Source: Methanobacteriota archaeon (GTDB lineage Archaea; Thermoplasmatota; Thermoplasmata; SG8-5; DAIRED01). Taken from it: DNA of 64,000 nt. The stretch spans positions 1 through 64,000 of the forward strand of contig JAZDNO010000027.1 of the NCBI GenBank assembly GCA_043799545.1, given 5' to 3'. The notes under the pieces are model-generated. The model saw only the letters and a program-made list of their open reading frames with translations, ran no database searches and was not told the DNA's origin. Shown one piece after another: positions 36,441 through 46,348 of the stretch (its first letter is position 1; every line of letters begins with the position of its first letter). The position numbers and the translations under genes were made by a program.

Positions 36441-37158
36441 GCTTCGCCACCTTCAGAAAGACCGCGTCCAGGTCGCCGACCTGATGCTTCCCCTTCAGCT
36501 CGGCCGGCGCACCCTCCTCCATCATCCTGCCTTCGTAGACTATGCCGACTCGGTCGCATATCTTGTCGACGTCGCTGAGGATGTGCGTGGAAAACAGCAC
36601 CGTCTTTCCGGCGTTAGCGAGCGTCTTCACAGCGCCTAAGACCTCGTTCCTCCCTATCGGGTCCAGGCCGGTCGTCGGTTCGTCCAGCAGGAGGATTGCA
36701 GGGTCGTGCAGCAGGGCCTGGGCGATGCCGACCTTCTGCTTGTTTCCCTTGCTCAGGGTCTTTATCTTCCGGTCCAGATTCTGGGGAAATCCCAGTTCCT
36801 CGGCCTTCTTCTCGATGATGGCTCCGAGCCCGTCTTCGGGGATGCCCGAGAGAACCCCCATGTATGTAAGGAACGTCCGCGGCGTGTCCCATCCGGGCAG
36901 GCCGTAGAGCTCTGGGAGGTAGCCTGTGTTCTTTCTCGCCTCGACCCCGTCCTTGACCACGTCCAGCCCCATCATTGAGGCGGTCCCCCCGGTGGGGCCT
37001 ACGAGGCCGACGAGTATCTTCAGCGTTGTGGTCTTGCCCGCCCCGTTGGGACCGCAGAATCCGTAAACCTCGCCCTTTTCCAAAGTCATGTCCAGTCCTC
37101 TCAGGGCCTCGACCGTTTTATACCGCTTCGTCAGTCCCTTGATTTCGACCATTGCCAT
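36433..37158 (-). CDS. ABC transporter ATP-binding protein
   Basis: GPNGAGKTT, LSKGNKQK signature, LDEPTTGLD, STH. Confidence 0.95.
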   Translation of the reverse strand: MAMVEIKGLTKRYKTVEALRGLDMTLEKGEVYGFCGPNGAGKTTTLKILVGLVGPTGGTASMMGLDVVKDGVEARKNTGYLPELYGLPGWDTPRTFLTYMGVLSGIPEDGLGAIIEKKAEELGFPQNLDRKIKTLSKGNKQKVGIAQALLHDPAILLLDEPTTGLDPIGRNEVLGAVKTLANAGKTVLFSTHILSDVDKICDRVGIVYEGRMMEEGAPAELKGKHQVGDLDAVFLKVAKHG

Positions 37159-37159
37159 C

Positions 37160-37765
37160 TCAATGCGCCTCCTTGTACGATAGGAAATCCACCCTCATCA
37201 AGACTTCCATCAAATCCGCCTGAATTTTCCGGGCGTGGTCGATATTCTTCATCCTGACGTTTCTGATTTCCATGGGAAATAGGTAGGTCGTGTGGTTCTT
37301 CCCCCTTATTGCCAGGAGCGCGAAGCGAACCTCCATTCTCGACCCGTCCCCCGGGTAGAATGCGTACGCTTTCGCGGGCCTGCTCCCGCCGGCGGACGCT
37401 CGCGCCACCGAAAGCCCGGAATAGCCGACCGCCTGGTATTTGTAACCGCCATGGGCGAATTTCTCCTCGACCGCAGCTTCCAGCAGGTCGTACAGCGTCC
37501 TGTTGAACGGCAGGGCCAGTGTCCAATGGTCCTTCTGGTCGAAGTTGGTGTATGCGACGTAAATCGCGACGGGGATTCCGAAAACCATGATGACGGCGAG
37601 AGGGATTGTGTAAATCGGGAACGGCGCATCGGAAAAGGCCAAGCCGATTATCACGCCCATCGTTAAAAGCAGCGCCATGAGCCCCGCCGCCCCCAGGTTG
37701 ATTTGGTGCTGGGAGCTCTTCCACATCGCGGCCGTCTCGTGCAGCCTCGGGTCCTCGATTTCCAT
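37160..37765 (-). CDS. Hypothetical protein with 2 TM helices and a soluble C-terminal domain; first gene of the ABC operon
   Basis: Two hydrophobic helices; its stop lies 1 nt before the ABC ATPase start. Confidence 0.65.
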   Translation of the reverse strand: MEIEDPRLHETAAMWKSSQHQINLGAAGLMALLLTMGVIIGLAFSDAPFPIYTIPLAVIMVFGIPVAIYVAYTNFDQKDHWTLALPFNRTLYDLLEAAVEEKFAHGGYKYQAVGYSGLSVARASAGGSRPAKAYAFYPGDGSRMEVRFALLAIRGKNHTTYLFPMEIRNVRMKNIDHARKIQADLMEVLMRVDFLSYKEAH

Positions 37766-37874
37766 GGCCCTCGTATTGAGATTGCGCGGAGGTTATAAAA
37801 AGATAGAGATGGGGCTCCCGGGGTCTTCCACTATCCCCTTTTTATCCCCTTTGCGCATTCACATCTGGGAGAGC

Positions 37875-39425
37875 ATGGACGAAAACGAGAAGCGGAAGAT
37901 GCCCGCCATCGTCCTGGTGGGCGTAGGCGGAGGGGGCTCGCGCATCCTTTCCGAGGGGCTGGAGAAGATTGCCAGATACCCGCACGTGGACCGCTACGCC
38001 TGCCTGATGAGGGCCATCGAAGCGGGCTCCGACCCGCAATCCCATTGCAAGGAAGGCGCCGGCGGCCCCAACGTTTTCATACTCGACACCAGCTCAGACC
38101 CGACCACCGAAGGATTTTATCAAAACATACCCCTGAAGCACAAGATTTCCCTGTCGAGCAGCGTGCAGGGGATGTCGCGCGGCGCGGGGGGCAGGCCGGG
38201 ACGCGCGGCGAAGGCGGTGCTCAACCAGGATGTCTCCGAGACTTTGGCGAGGGAGCTTTACAAGCCCATAGCCGAAATCGGACCGACGATTGTCGTTTTC
38301 ATCCACACCCTCGACGGCGGGACCGGCGGCGGCCTCACGCCCGAGATACTCCAGCAGCTGGCCTTCGTTCTGCCGGCTTCGACAGTATTCTGGGTCTTCT
38401 CGGTAATGCCGACGCAGACGCCCATCTCGCTCCAGGGCCCCAGGGCCGTGGCGCTGAACGTCGGAAGGATGCTCAACGTCATCCGGCGCGTCTCGGACCG
38501 GGATTACGACCAGATACCTTTCGAGTGCCGCGAGGCGATAAGGAACATGGTGAAGACGAAGAAGGAGGACCAGTCATACGAGTTCAGGCACTCGAGGGTG
38601 GCGATGTTCCCCATGAGCAACCAGCACTTTTCGCAGTGCCTGGAGGGACAGAAGACTGTCGAGATAAGGGAGGAGATTCTCAACCCGTTCCCGGTCGAGA
38701 TGATTTCCCAAGCCCTTTATCCGTTCCTCAAGTACGTCGAATCGACCCCGGAGGAGCAGCAGTGGATGCAGAAGCAGTGGCCGATGGGCCCCATCGACAT
38801 ACCGGACATCATGGCCGGCGTGAGCCCGGACAGGCCAATGGTCCTTCCCCACCTCTGGATTGACCCGGAACCTGGGGACAAGGCCGTCGTCGACGGGGCG
38901 ATAGAGGACCTGAAAAACGGCAAGATACGGATGATGAGGGTCGAGGGGACGACCAAGGGCGGGCTGCCGGACCTGTTCTCCTTCAACGGAGCGCCGTGCG
39001 CGCTCCACGAGTTCAGGGCCAGCAGCGTCTACTGCATCCCGGTCTACCCCGAGGGGAGCAAGTACTTCGACACCTTCGGGGAGATGATTTCCGACGTCTG
39101 GTTCCCAAGGCTTTCGGGTAAGATGCACTTCATCGGTGGCCGCACGGGCGCCAAGGTCGGAGTCATCACCCATTCAGCGAACCTCAAACCGCAGCCTATT
39201 CCGCGTCCGACCGCGAGCGTCCTGGGCTTCGAGCAGGGCATGCTGGTCACGCTGATAAACGGCGGCGTGCCGGCCGACTTGCTGGCCTGGCTGAACGCCA
39301 CGAAAGACATAATGCGCGACCACCGCACGGAGGACATGTGGGAGCTGACCTTCTACGACGCCAACGACGCCCTGAACGAGGTTGCCAGATACATGGGGAT
39401 AGACGACTGGCTGAACAGGGAGTGA
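37875..39425 (+). CDS. Divergent tubulin/FtsZ-superfamily GTPase (516 aa from MDENEK)
   Basis: T1 GVGGGGSRI, T2 ILDTS, T3 RGAGGRP, T4 HTLDGGTGGG, T5 FSVMP, conserved N in PMSN, T7-like IDIPDI, all in canonical order. Confidence 0.85.
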   Translation: MDENEKRKMPAIVLVGVGGGGSRILSEGLEKIARYPHVDRYACLMRAIEAGSDPQSHCKEGAGGPNVFILDTSSDPTTEGFYQNIPLKHKISLSSSVQGMSRGAGGRPGRAAKAVLNQDVSETLARELYKPIAEIGPTIVVFIHTLDGGTGGGLTPEILQQLAFVLPASTVFWVFSVMPTQTPISLQGPRAVALNVGRMLNVIRRVSDRDYDQIPFECREAIRNMVKTKKEDQSYEFRHSRVAMFPMSNQHFSQCLEGQKTVEIREEILNPFPVEMISQALYPFLKYVESTPEEQQWMQKQWPMGPIDIPDIMAGVSPDRPMVLPHLWIDPEPGDKAVVDGAIEDLKNGKIRMMRVEGTTKGGLPDLFSFNGAPCALHEFRASSVYCIPVYPEGSKYFDTFGEMISDVWFPRLSGKMHFIGGRTGAKVGVITHSANLKPQPIPRPTASVLGFEQGMLVTLINGGVPADLLAWLNATKDIMRDHRTEDMWELTFYDANDALNEVARYMGIDDWLNRE

Positions 39426-39467
39426 TGGCGCAACCATTTTAGCCTCTCCGGCCACTCAACCGCTGCC

Positions 39468-41039
39468 ATGGCAATCTCCCGCGAAGGCTCGGGCTTCGAC
39501 GTCGTCTTAGTCTCCGCAGAATACTGGGACGACCACCCCCTGTGCCCGGTCGGCGTCATCGCGCGCGTGCTGGACTCCGAGGGCTTCTCAGTCGGCGTCG
39601 TCGAAAAACCTGTCGGCGACGAAGACTTCGCGAAGCTCGGAGCTCCAAAACTGTTCTTCGGCGTCACGTCCGGCTCCATAGACTCGATGCTCAACAACTA
39701 CACGCCGCTAAAGCGCTCCCGCAAAGACGACCCCCATGCAGACTGGAACCCCATGCCGGACCGCGCGGTCGTCGCCTACTGCAACGCCCTGAGGAGGCTT
39801 TTCAAAGGATGCAAAATCGCCATCGGGGGAATCGAGGCCTCGCTCCGCAGGTTCGCCCACTACGATTACTGGGACAACGCGGTGCGGAGGAGCGTGCTGC
39901 TGGACTCGCGCGCCGACATCCTTGCCTACGGAAACGGGGAGACGCAGGCGGCGGAGATTGCAGCCCGCCTGAGGGATGGGAAAGATTTGAGCGGGATTCC
40001 TGGAACGTGCGTTCTCTCCAGGGAACTGCCAGATGGTTTCGCGGTCCTGCCGTCATATGCCGAGGCGCGGGACGACAAAAGGAGATTCTGCGAGATGCAG
40101 ATGCTCTTCTCGAACGACAAGGCGCTAGCCCAGGCCTACGACCGCAACTACGTTTTACAGCATCCGGCACCTGGCTGCACTCCGAAAGAGCTGGACGCAA
40201 TATACGCTCTGCCGTTCTCGCGCAAAATGCACCCGAAGTCGCAACTGAAGATGGCGCAGTTCTCGGTCGTGACGCACAGGGGCTGCATCGGGGAATGCTC
40301 CTTCTGCTCGCTGGCGCTCCACCAGGGGCGCCGCATCGTCTCGAGGAGCGAGGACTCGATCGTTCGCGAAATCGGGGAGATGGCGAGGCATCCGGAGTTC
40401 AAGGGCTACGTCGACGACCTGGGGGGGCCGTCGGCGAACATGTACGGGATGGACTGCGCCAACGAATGCGGCGATGCTTGCCTGGCATGCCCGGCGCTCG
40501 ACCGCAGCCATTCGAGGCTCGTCGGGCTCATGAGGCGGGCGCGGGCTGTGCCTGGCGTGAAGAAGGTCTTCGTGCGCAGCGGCGTCCGCTACGACCTGGC
40601 GATGGAGAGCAGGGAGTACGTTCGAGAGCTGTCGGGGCACCACGTCTCCGGGACTCTTAAGATAGCGCCCGAGCACGTCTCGAAGCGCGTGCTGGCGCTG
40701 ATGAACAAGGACGGTTCCCGATTCAGCGAGTTCTGCGACCTTTTCAACTCCCTGAACAGGGACACTGGCCAGACTCTGCGCCACTACTTCATGGTGGGCC
40801 ACCCGGGGGACGACATGCAGGAGGTCCGCTTGCTTGCGGAGAAGGCCGCGCACCTGGGGAACGCGGAGCAGTTCCAGCTCTTCACCCCAACCCCCATGAC
40901 GCTCTCGACGTGCATATACTGGGCCGGTCTTGATCCCCGAACCATGAAGCCGGTGAAGGTTGTTTACGACTACGCGACTAAGAAACGGATGAAGACCGCG
41001 ATGACGCGGACGTTTGATTCATTAAAACCGTCGTTTTAG
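39468..41039 (+). CDS. YgiQ family radical SAM protein
   Basis: YWDDHP, GVTSGSIDSM-N-YT-K, IGGIEASLRRFAHYDYW, RGCIGECSFC (CxxxCxxC), DLGGPSANMY, SGVRYDL, FTPTP. Confidence 0.92.
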   Translation: MAISREGSGFDVVLVSAEYWDDHPLCPVGVIARVLDSEGFSVGVVEKPVGDEDFAKLGAPKLFFGVTSGSIDSMLNNYTPLKRSRKDDPHADWNPMPDRAVVAYCNALRRLFKGCKIAIGGIEASLRRFAHYDYWDNAVRRSVLLDSRADILAYGNGETQAAEIAARLRDGKDLSGIPGTCVLSRELPDGFAVLPSYAEARDDKRRFCEMQMLFSNDKALAQAYDRNYVLQHPAPGCTPKELDAIYALPFSRKMHPKSQLKMAQFSVVTHRGCIGECSFCSLALHQGRRIVSRSEDSIVREIGEMARHPEFKGYVDDLGGPSANMYGMDCANECGDACLACPALDRSHSRLVGLMRRARAVPGVKKVFVRSGVRYDLAMESREYVRELSGHHVSGTLKIAPEHVSKRVLALMNKDGSRFSEFCDLFNSLNRDTGQTLRHYFMVGHPGDDMQEVRLLAEKAAHLGNAEQFQLFTPTPMTLSTCIYWAGLDPRTMKPVKVVYDYATKKRMKTAMTRTFDSLKPSF

Positions 41040-41103
41040 CCACTTTTTGGCCACCTGTGACCGCTTGGAATATGGTCTGTGACCACGCATTTGGAGGTCA
41101 GAG

Positions 41104-42483
41104 GTGCAAAAGATGCTCGCAGGAAAGCGGTTGACCGGAATGAGGGGGTTCAGCCTGATGTGGCTGGGCCAGCTCCTCTCGCTCACGGGAACGATGATGA
41201 CTGGATTCGCGCTCACGATATGGGCGTGGCTCGAGACGGGGTCGGCTACCGCCCTCGCGCTCGTCGGATTCTTCAGCTTCGCCCCGACCATCATATTCAG
41301 TCCGGTCGCGGGTGCGCTCGTGGACAGGTGGAACAGGAAGGCTGTGCTGATAGCGGCGGATTTCGCTTCGGGGATGGGCACTCTCGCGATACTGATTCTC
41401 TATTCCACCGGCTCCCTGGAAATCTGGCACTTCTACGTGGTCGGCGTAGTGTCCGGCCTGTTCCAGGCCCTCCAGTGGCCGGCGTTCTCCGCGACGATTT
41501 CCACCATAGTCCCGAAGGAGAACTACGCCAGGGCGCAGGGGCTGGTATCTGTCGCAGAGGCGGGCTCGATGATTGTCGCGCCGATTCTCGCGGCGGCGCT
41601 CACCGGCGTCATCGGAATATCGGGGATAATGTGCATCGACCTGCTCACAATGAGCGTCGCGGTGGTCGCTCTCCTCCCCGTGTTCATCTCAGTAGTCAAC
41701 GGAAACAGCAAGACGGCGGACGGAAAGCCGAACCTGTGGTCCGAGGTTAAGTACGGCTTCACCTACATCAGGGAGCGCAAGGGCCTCTTCTACCTCCTGA
41801 TGTTCTTCCTCGCATTCAACCTCGTTTCCGGGATGGCGGGGCCGCTTTATGCGCCGCTCATATTATCCAAGACTGGAAACGACCAAGTCGCGCTCGGCAC
41901 CATCATGTCGGCACTCGGCGTCGGGGGGGTCGTGGGCGGCATCACTCTCGCTGTCTGGGGAGGGCCTAAAAAGAAGATACACGGCGTCCTGATGGGCGGG
42001 GTCATCACCGGGGCGCTGAGCGTCGGGTTCGCCCTGTCGTCGAATGTCTACGCGTGGGGGGCCTTCGGGTTCCTTCTGATGTTCGCGGGACCGTTCCTCG
42101 GGGGCTCGAGCCAGGCGATATGGCAGTCCAAGGTCGCCCCCGAGGTCCAGGGGCGCGTGTTCGCCACGAGGAGGATGCTGGCTCAGATGTCCGCGCCGAT
42201 AGCGATGCTCCTCGTCGGCCCGCTTGCAGACGGGGTTTTCGAGCCCGCGATGGCGGACGGCGGCTCGCTCGCCTCCACCATCGGCGGCCTCGTCGGCACC
42301 GGCCCCGGCGCAGGCATGGCCCTGATAATCCTTCTGACCTCGGCGATAGTCATCGTCGTCGCCTTGACCGCCTACCTCGTGAAGCCTATACGCGACGTTG
42401 AGAAGGACCTACCCGACCACGACGCGGCGCTGAAGGTCACAAGCGAATCCGAAACGCCCGCGCCGGCGGCTGTCGGCGCTTGA
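41104..42483 (+). CDS. MFS transporter, DHA3/macrolide-efflux-like
   Basis: WLGQLLS, G-LVDRWNRK motif A, QWPA, WQSKV-PE-QGRVF. Confidence 0.9.
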   Translation: MQKMLAGKRLTGMRGFSLMWLGQLLSLTGTMMTGFALTIWAWLETGSATALALVGFFSFAPTIIFSPVAGALVDRWNRKAVLIAADFASGMGTLAILILYSTGSLEIWHFYVVGVVSGLFQALQWPAFSATISTIVPKENYARAQGLVSVAEAGSMIVAPILAAALTGVIGISGIMCIDLLTMSVAVVALLPVFISVVNGNSKTADGKPNLWSEVKYGFTYIRERKGLFYLLMFFLAFNLVSGMAGPLYAPLILSKTGNDQVALGTIMSALGVGGVVGGITLAVWGGPKKKIHGVLMGGVITGALSVGFALSSNVYAWGAFGFLLMFAGPFLGGSSQAIWQSKVAPEVQGRVFATRRMLAQMSAPIAMLLVGPLADGVFEPAMADGGSLASTIGGLVGTGPGAGMALIILLTSAIVIVVALTAYLVKPIRDVEKDLPDHDAALKVTSESETPAPAAVGA

Positions 42484-42558
42484 TTGCGCGGCGCGGGCTC
42501 CCCGGGGAACCCCCATGAAAAGAATATAACCAATCCCCGGCATCGGGAGTGCGAAGAT

Positions 42559-43500
42559 ATGACAGCGGACACAATGATTTCAACGGCAGGCCTGACGAAG
42601 GACTTCGGCAGGCTCAGGGCCGTCGAAGGCGTGAACGTCGAGGTGAGGCGCGGCGAGGCCTACGGCTTCCTGGGTCCCAATGGCGCCGGCAAATCGACCA
42701 CAATCAGGATGCTCACGGGCTTCCTGCGCCCGAGCTCAGGCTCCATCGAAATCATGGGCAAGGACATGCTCCGCAATCCGCTGGCGGTGAAGGAGAAGGT
42801 CGGAATCGTGCCGGACCAGTTCGGCTTCTACCCGCTCATGAACTCATACGAGCACCTCGATTTCTACGGCAGGCTCTACGGAATGGACAGGGCGAGGCGG
42901 GAGGCGCGGACCGAAGAAGTCCTCCGCCTCGTCGGCTTGACTGACCGGGCGAAGAGCCGCGTCGGCGACTACAGCCACGGCATGAAGCAGCGGCTCGCTA
43001 TCGCGCAGGCTCTGCTCAACGAGCCCGAGATACTCTTCCTGGACGAGCCCACGACCGGTCTGGACCCGCAGGGCCAGTACGACACTCGCCAGCTTATTAA
43101 AAAATTGCATTCCGAGGGATTGACGATTTTCGTCTCCAGCCACCTGCTTCACGAGGTCGAGGACATCTGCACCCACGTGGGAATCGTCAAGTCCGGGCGC
43201 TTGGTGGCGCAGGACAGCATCGCCAACCTCCAGGGCCAGCTCTCGAAGGCCAAGGGGGTCCTCGTCTCTGTTTCGGTATGCAAGCCCGGGGAGCTATGGC
43301 CGTTCGTCAAGGACGTGCCGGGGGTGCTGGGCGTCGAACCCGCCGGCCCGAACGCCTTCGTCGTGCGGTTGGACAGGCGCGATGTTATCCCGGAGGTCGC
43401 CAGAGCCGTTGCCCTTTCGGAGCTGGGCCTGTGGAACTTCAACGAGATGCAGACCTCGCTTGAGCAGGTCTTCCTCGAGATGACGGGGGGTGCGCGCTGA
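42559..43500 (+). CDS. ABC transporter ATP-binding protein (DUF4162-type C-terminus); start placed at MTADT
   Basis: GPNGAGKST, YSHGMKQR, LDEPTTGLD, SSH, SLEQVFL. Confidence 0.93.
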   Translation: MTADTMISTAGLTKDFGRLRAVEGVNVEVRRGEAYGFLGPNGAGKSTTIRMLTGFLRPSSGSIEIMGKDMLRNPLAVKEKVGIVPDQFGFYPLMNSYEHLDFYGRLYGMDRARREARTEEVLRLVGLTDRAKSRVGDYSHGMKQRLAIAQALLNEPEILFLDEPTTGLDPQGQYDTRQLIKKLHSEGLTIFVSSHLLHEVEDICTHVGIVKSGRLVAQDSIANLQGQLSKAKGVLVSVSVCKPGELWPFVKDVPGVLGVEPAGPNAFVVRLDRRDVIPEVARAVALSELGLWNFNEMQTSLEQVFLEMTGGAR

Positions 43501-44909
43501 TGCCCCCGGCGTTCGTCGATTCCATCTGGACCGTCGCGAGGAAGGAGCTGCTGCTCCACCTCAAGACCAAGAGGCTGCTGGTCATAGGAGGGGTCTTCGC
43601 AGCGCTGATAATCATCATCTCCCTCTACGGAGGATACCTGACGGGCCAGGCGCAGGACGAGCCCACGTACGAGCAGGGCGCCGGGGCGGTCATGTCCGCC
43701 GTTTTCTCATTCTCGGCATTCTTCCCGGCGATATTGGCTGTGGCCATGACCTACGATGCGATAGTCGGGGAGAAGGTCAACCACTCGATGTATCTCCTGA
43801 TATCCAAGCCAGTTCGTCGCGAGTCGATATTCCTGGGCAAGCTGCTCGGCGCCTGGCTGGCGGTCGCGCTCGTCTACGTCGTGGTCTTCTCGCTGGGCTT
43901 CGTCCTGGTGCTCGGGATGGCGGGGGCGTCGCCGACGGCCGATGGCGCGGCCGACGTCTACGGAGCCGTGGGAATCATATTGCTAGGCACGGGGGCGTGG
44001 ATGACCCTGGTGATGCTCTATTCCTCGCTGTTCAAGACCACGGCCTCGACGTTGATAACCGCGATACTGTCGTGGCTGTTCGTGCTCAGCCTCGTGTCGC
44101 AGGCCGGGTTGATATACTACGCCGTTTCGATTTCCGGGGAGGATGTTGAGCTCAACGTGAACATTAACTATACCCCCATGCCAGGCAACCAGACGATACT
44201 GACTTTCTCCGGCTTCGCCATGATAAACGCAGTTTCGATAGACGTCTCCGTCTCCGACGCGCAGGGGAATCCTGTGCTGAACGAGCTGCCCGGTTCTGAC
44301 AACACGAGCCATAGCTTCGTCGTGGCGCCGGGAACGTATGTGTGGTCCGCATCCAGGGAAGGGGACGCTTCGGGCGCCTTTGCCAGCGGCACAGTCGCGG
44401 TCGTTCCGTTCGCCAGCATGAGCTTCGGTGTCGCGCCGCTCGACGACGACATGTACGCAAACGACGTGGCATTCTCGCTCGTTGATGGCATGGGCGAGGC
44501 GTTCCTCGGCGGAGAATATTCCATATCCGACGGCGGTTCGCCCGCCTTCGTCCAACTCGAAGTCACCGCGTTCGCCGAGAAGAACCTCACGGAGGGGGCG
44601 TTCGCCGCGGAAGTTCGCGTCAACGGCCAGACAGTCCTCCAATCGACTTTCAACTCCTACGGCGAGAAGCTCAGCGGCAACCTGGCAATCTTCGCAGCGC
44701 TGAGCGGCGAGAACGACGACGCCCCCGGTTACGTCCGCGCGATGTACGCCATCAACCCGGACAACTGCATGGGCGCGTACAACTACCTCTTCAACCCCGA
44801 CTACGTCGGCATACTGACGCTCGGGGAGTCCATAGGGTCGCTGACGGCATTCACGATTACTAGCATGGCGATAGGGCTCATCATCTTCAAAAGGAAGAGC
44901 TTGGCATAG
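43500..44909 (+). CDS. ABC-2 permease with a large extracellular beta-rich insertion
   Basis: VARKEL, IVGEK...LLISKPVRRESIFLGK; ~180-aa beta-rich insert before the last TM. Confidence 0.85.
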   Translation: MPPAFVDSIWTVARKELLLHLKTKRLLVIGGVFAALIIIISLYGGYLTGQAQDEPTYEQGAGAVMSAVFSFSAFFPAILAVAMTYDAIVGEKVNHSMYLLISKPVRRESIFLGKLLGAWLAVALVYVVVFSLGFVLVLGMAGASPTADGAADVYGAVGIILLGTGAWMTLVMLYSSLFKTTASTLITAILSWLFVLSLVSQAGLIYYAVSISGEDVELNVNINYTPMPGNQTILTFSGFAMINAVSIDVSVSDAQGNPVLNELPGSDNTSHSFVVAPGTYVWSASREGDASGAFASGTVAVVPFASMSFGVAPLDDDMYANDVAFSLVDGMGEAFLGGEYSISDGGSPAFVQLEVTAFAEKNLTEGAFAAEVRVNGQTVLQSTFNSYGEKLSGNLAIFAALSGENDDAPGYVRAMYAINPDNCMGAYNYLFNPDYVGILTLGESIGSLTAFTITSMAIGLIIFKRKSLA

Positions 44910-44924
44910 AGCAGCCCCGGCGGT

Positions 44925-46274
44925 TTACTTCCACGCTCCCAGCGCATTCCTCATGTGGCTGATTGCCGCCTCCTCGTACGGTCTGGCTGCGCGGAGCAGG
45001 GCAGCGCCCTTCTTGCACTTGTCCTGCGGGAGCGCGCCGTCGAAAGCGAATGGGAAACATTTCTCAAGCTTACCCATCAGCTCCGCCGCCTCTCCGTACT
45101 CCTTTGCCGCGTTCGCCAGGTGCTTCGATTGCGGCTTGGCCGAATATTTCATGGCAAGCCGCCTCAGAAACTCGGCTGCGTTCTTCCGACCCTCGTGGTA
45201 GCACGCCGTGACGTAACTGTGGCCGTGGTACGCCGCCTCGCCGGCAATCCCTTTTTCCAGGACGTTCGCCCATTCGTCATAGGCTACCGGCCCAGCTTCG
45301 TACCCCGCCCATTTCCGGGCTCCCCCGGCGATCTCGACCGCCCTCTCGACAGCCTTCCTATCAGCTTTGGCGTCGATGCCTCTCGTCTCGCTCCCGAACA
45401 TGAATGCCTGGAGGCAACCGGGAGCCACCAACGCATCGTACCTTACCGGGTCGTCCGGCATGCCTGAGTTGGCGCGGAAGGTGCTCACCAAATATTCGTC
45501 CCCCCGATAGCCTTTCACGATGCCGTACTCGGGAATAGGTATCCCCCAAAGCACGACCGGCATGTCCCGGTCGATCTCCTTTTTCACAACCTCGAAGAGC
45601 TTCCTGGCCCGCGTTTGGTCTTCGGCGCTCAGCGGTCCGGGAGCCTGCGGGAAACATTTTGTCTCCGTGTAGCTTGTGACCTTGCGACCCAGCACTTCCG
45701 TCGCCTTCTCGATGTCGTCCCAGTATCCAAGGCACGTAGGCCCGGACGGACACGTCGCCCCCTTCGAGACGTTCAGTACGAACGCGTAGCCGGTGTATCC
45801 CGCAACATCCACAACGTCGCGGTCAATGCCAATAGATTTAAGCGCCCCCGATATCGCGCCGGTGTACGACAGCCAACAGCATTGATAGACCGGCTCATTG
45901 CTCACAAGCCGCTCCACGCCAATTATTCCCTTCTCGCGCCCCTTGGAATACATGCTCGCAAGATTTTTCTGCTCAGCCGCGACGCGCGCCCTCGAGCCGG
46001 CATAGAAACCGCCGATGGCCTCCAGGAGCTGGGCGCCGTCCTCGGTGAGCGAGTAGCTGCCGCGCCCCCTGCGTTCGACGAGGCCCATGCCGACCATCTG
46101 GCTCAAGTGGTTCGCCAGCGCAGTCTTGCTAAGGCCGACCCTGTCCTGCAAATCGCCGAATTCTTTCGCGCCGTCCGCCAGCATCGCCATCGCCTTCAGA
46201 CGCGCCGGGTGGGCGCTCGCCCTGACCAGCTTCGACGCCTGCTCCGCGTCCGACGCTTCGAGATTCTTTGACAT
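44925..46274 (-). CDS. ArsR-type winged-HTH fused to a BtrH/C39 papain-like domain
   Basis: AHPARL...LSKTALANHL..GLV..YSLT wHTH; then QCC, GYTGYAF, CPSGP, VLWG..EYGIVKGY. Confidence 0.65.
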   Translation of the reverse strand: MSKNLEASDAEQASKLVRASAHPARLKAMAMLADGAKEFGDLQDRVGLSKTALANHLSQMVGMGLVERRGRGSYSLTEDGAQLLEAIGGFYAGSRARVAAEQKNLASMYSKGREKGIIGVERLVSNEPVYQCCWLSYTGAISGALKSIGIDRDVVDVAGYTGYAFVLNVSKGATCPSGPTCLGYWDDIEKATEVLGRKVTSYTETKCFPQAPGPLSAEDQTRARKLFEVVKKEIDRDMPVVLWGIPIPEYGIVKGYRGDEYLVSTFRANSGMPDDPVRYDALVAPGCLQAFMFGSETRGIDAKADRKAVERAVEIAGGARKWAGYEAGPVAYDEWANVLEKGIAGEAAYHGHSYVTACYHEGRKNAAEFLRRLAMKYSAKPQSKHLANAAKEYGEAAELMGKLEKCFPFAFDGALPQDKCKKGAALLRAARPYEEAAISHMRNALGAWK

Positions 46275-46348
46275 TTCCCAGGCCTCCGGAAGAGGAAAGG
46301 GAGGGGGGGTTGATAAATATTTTGGTGAATGAAAGTACTAAAAATGGT

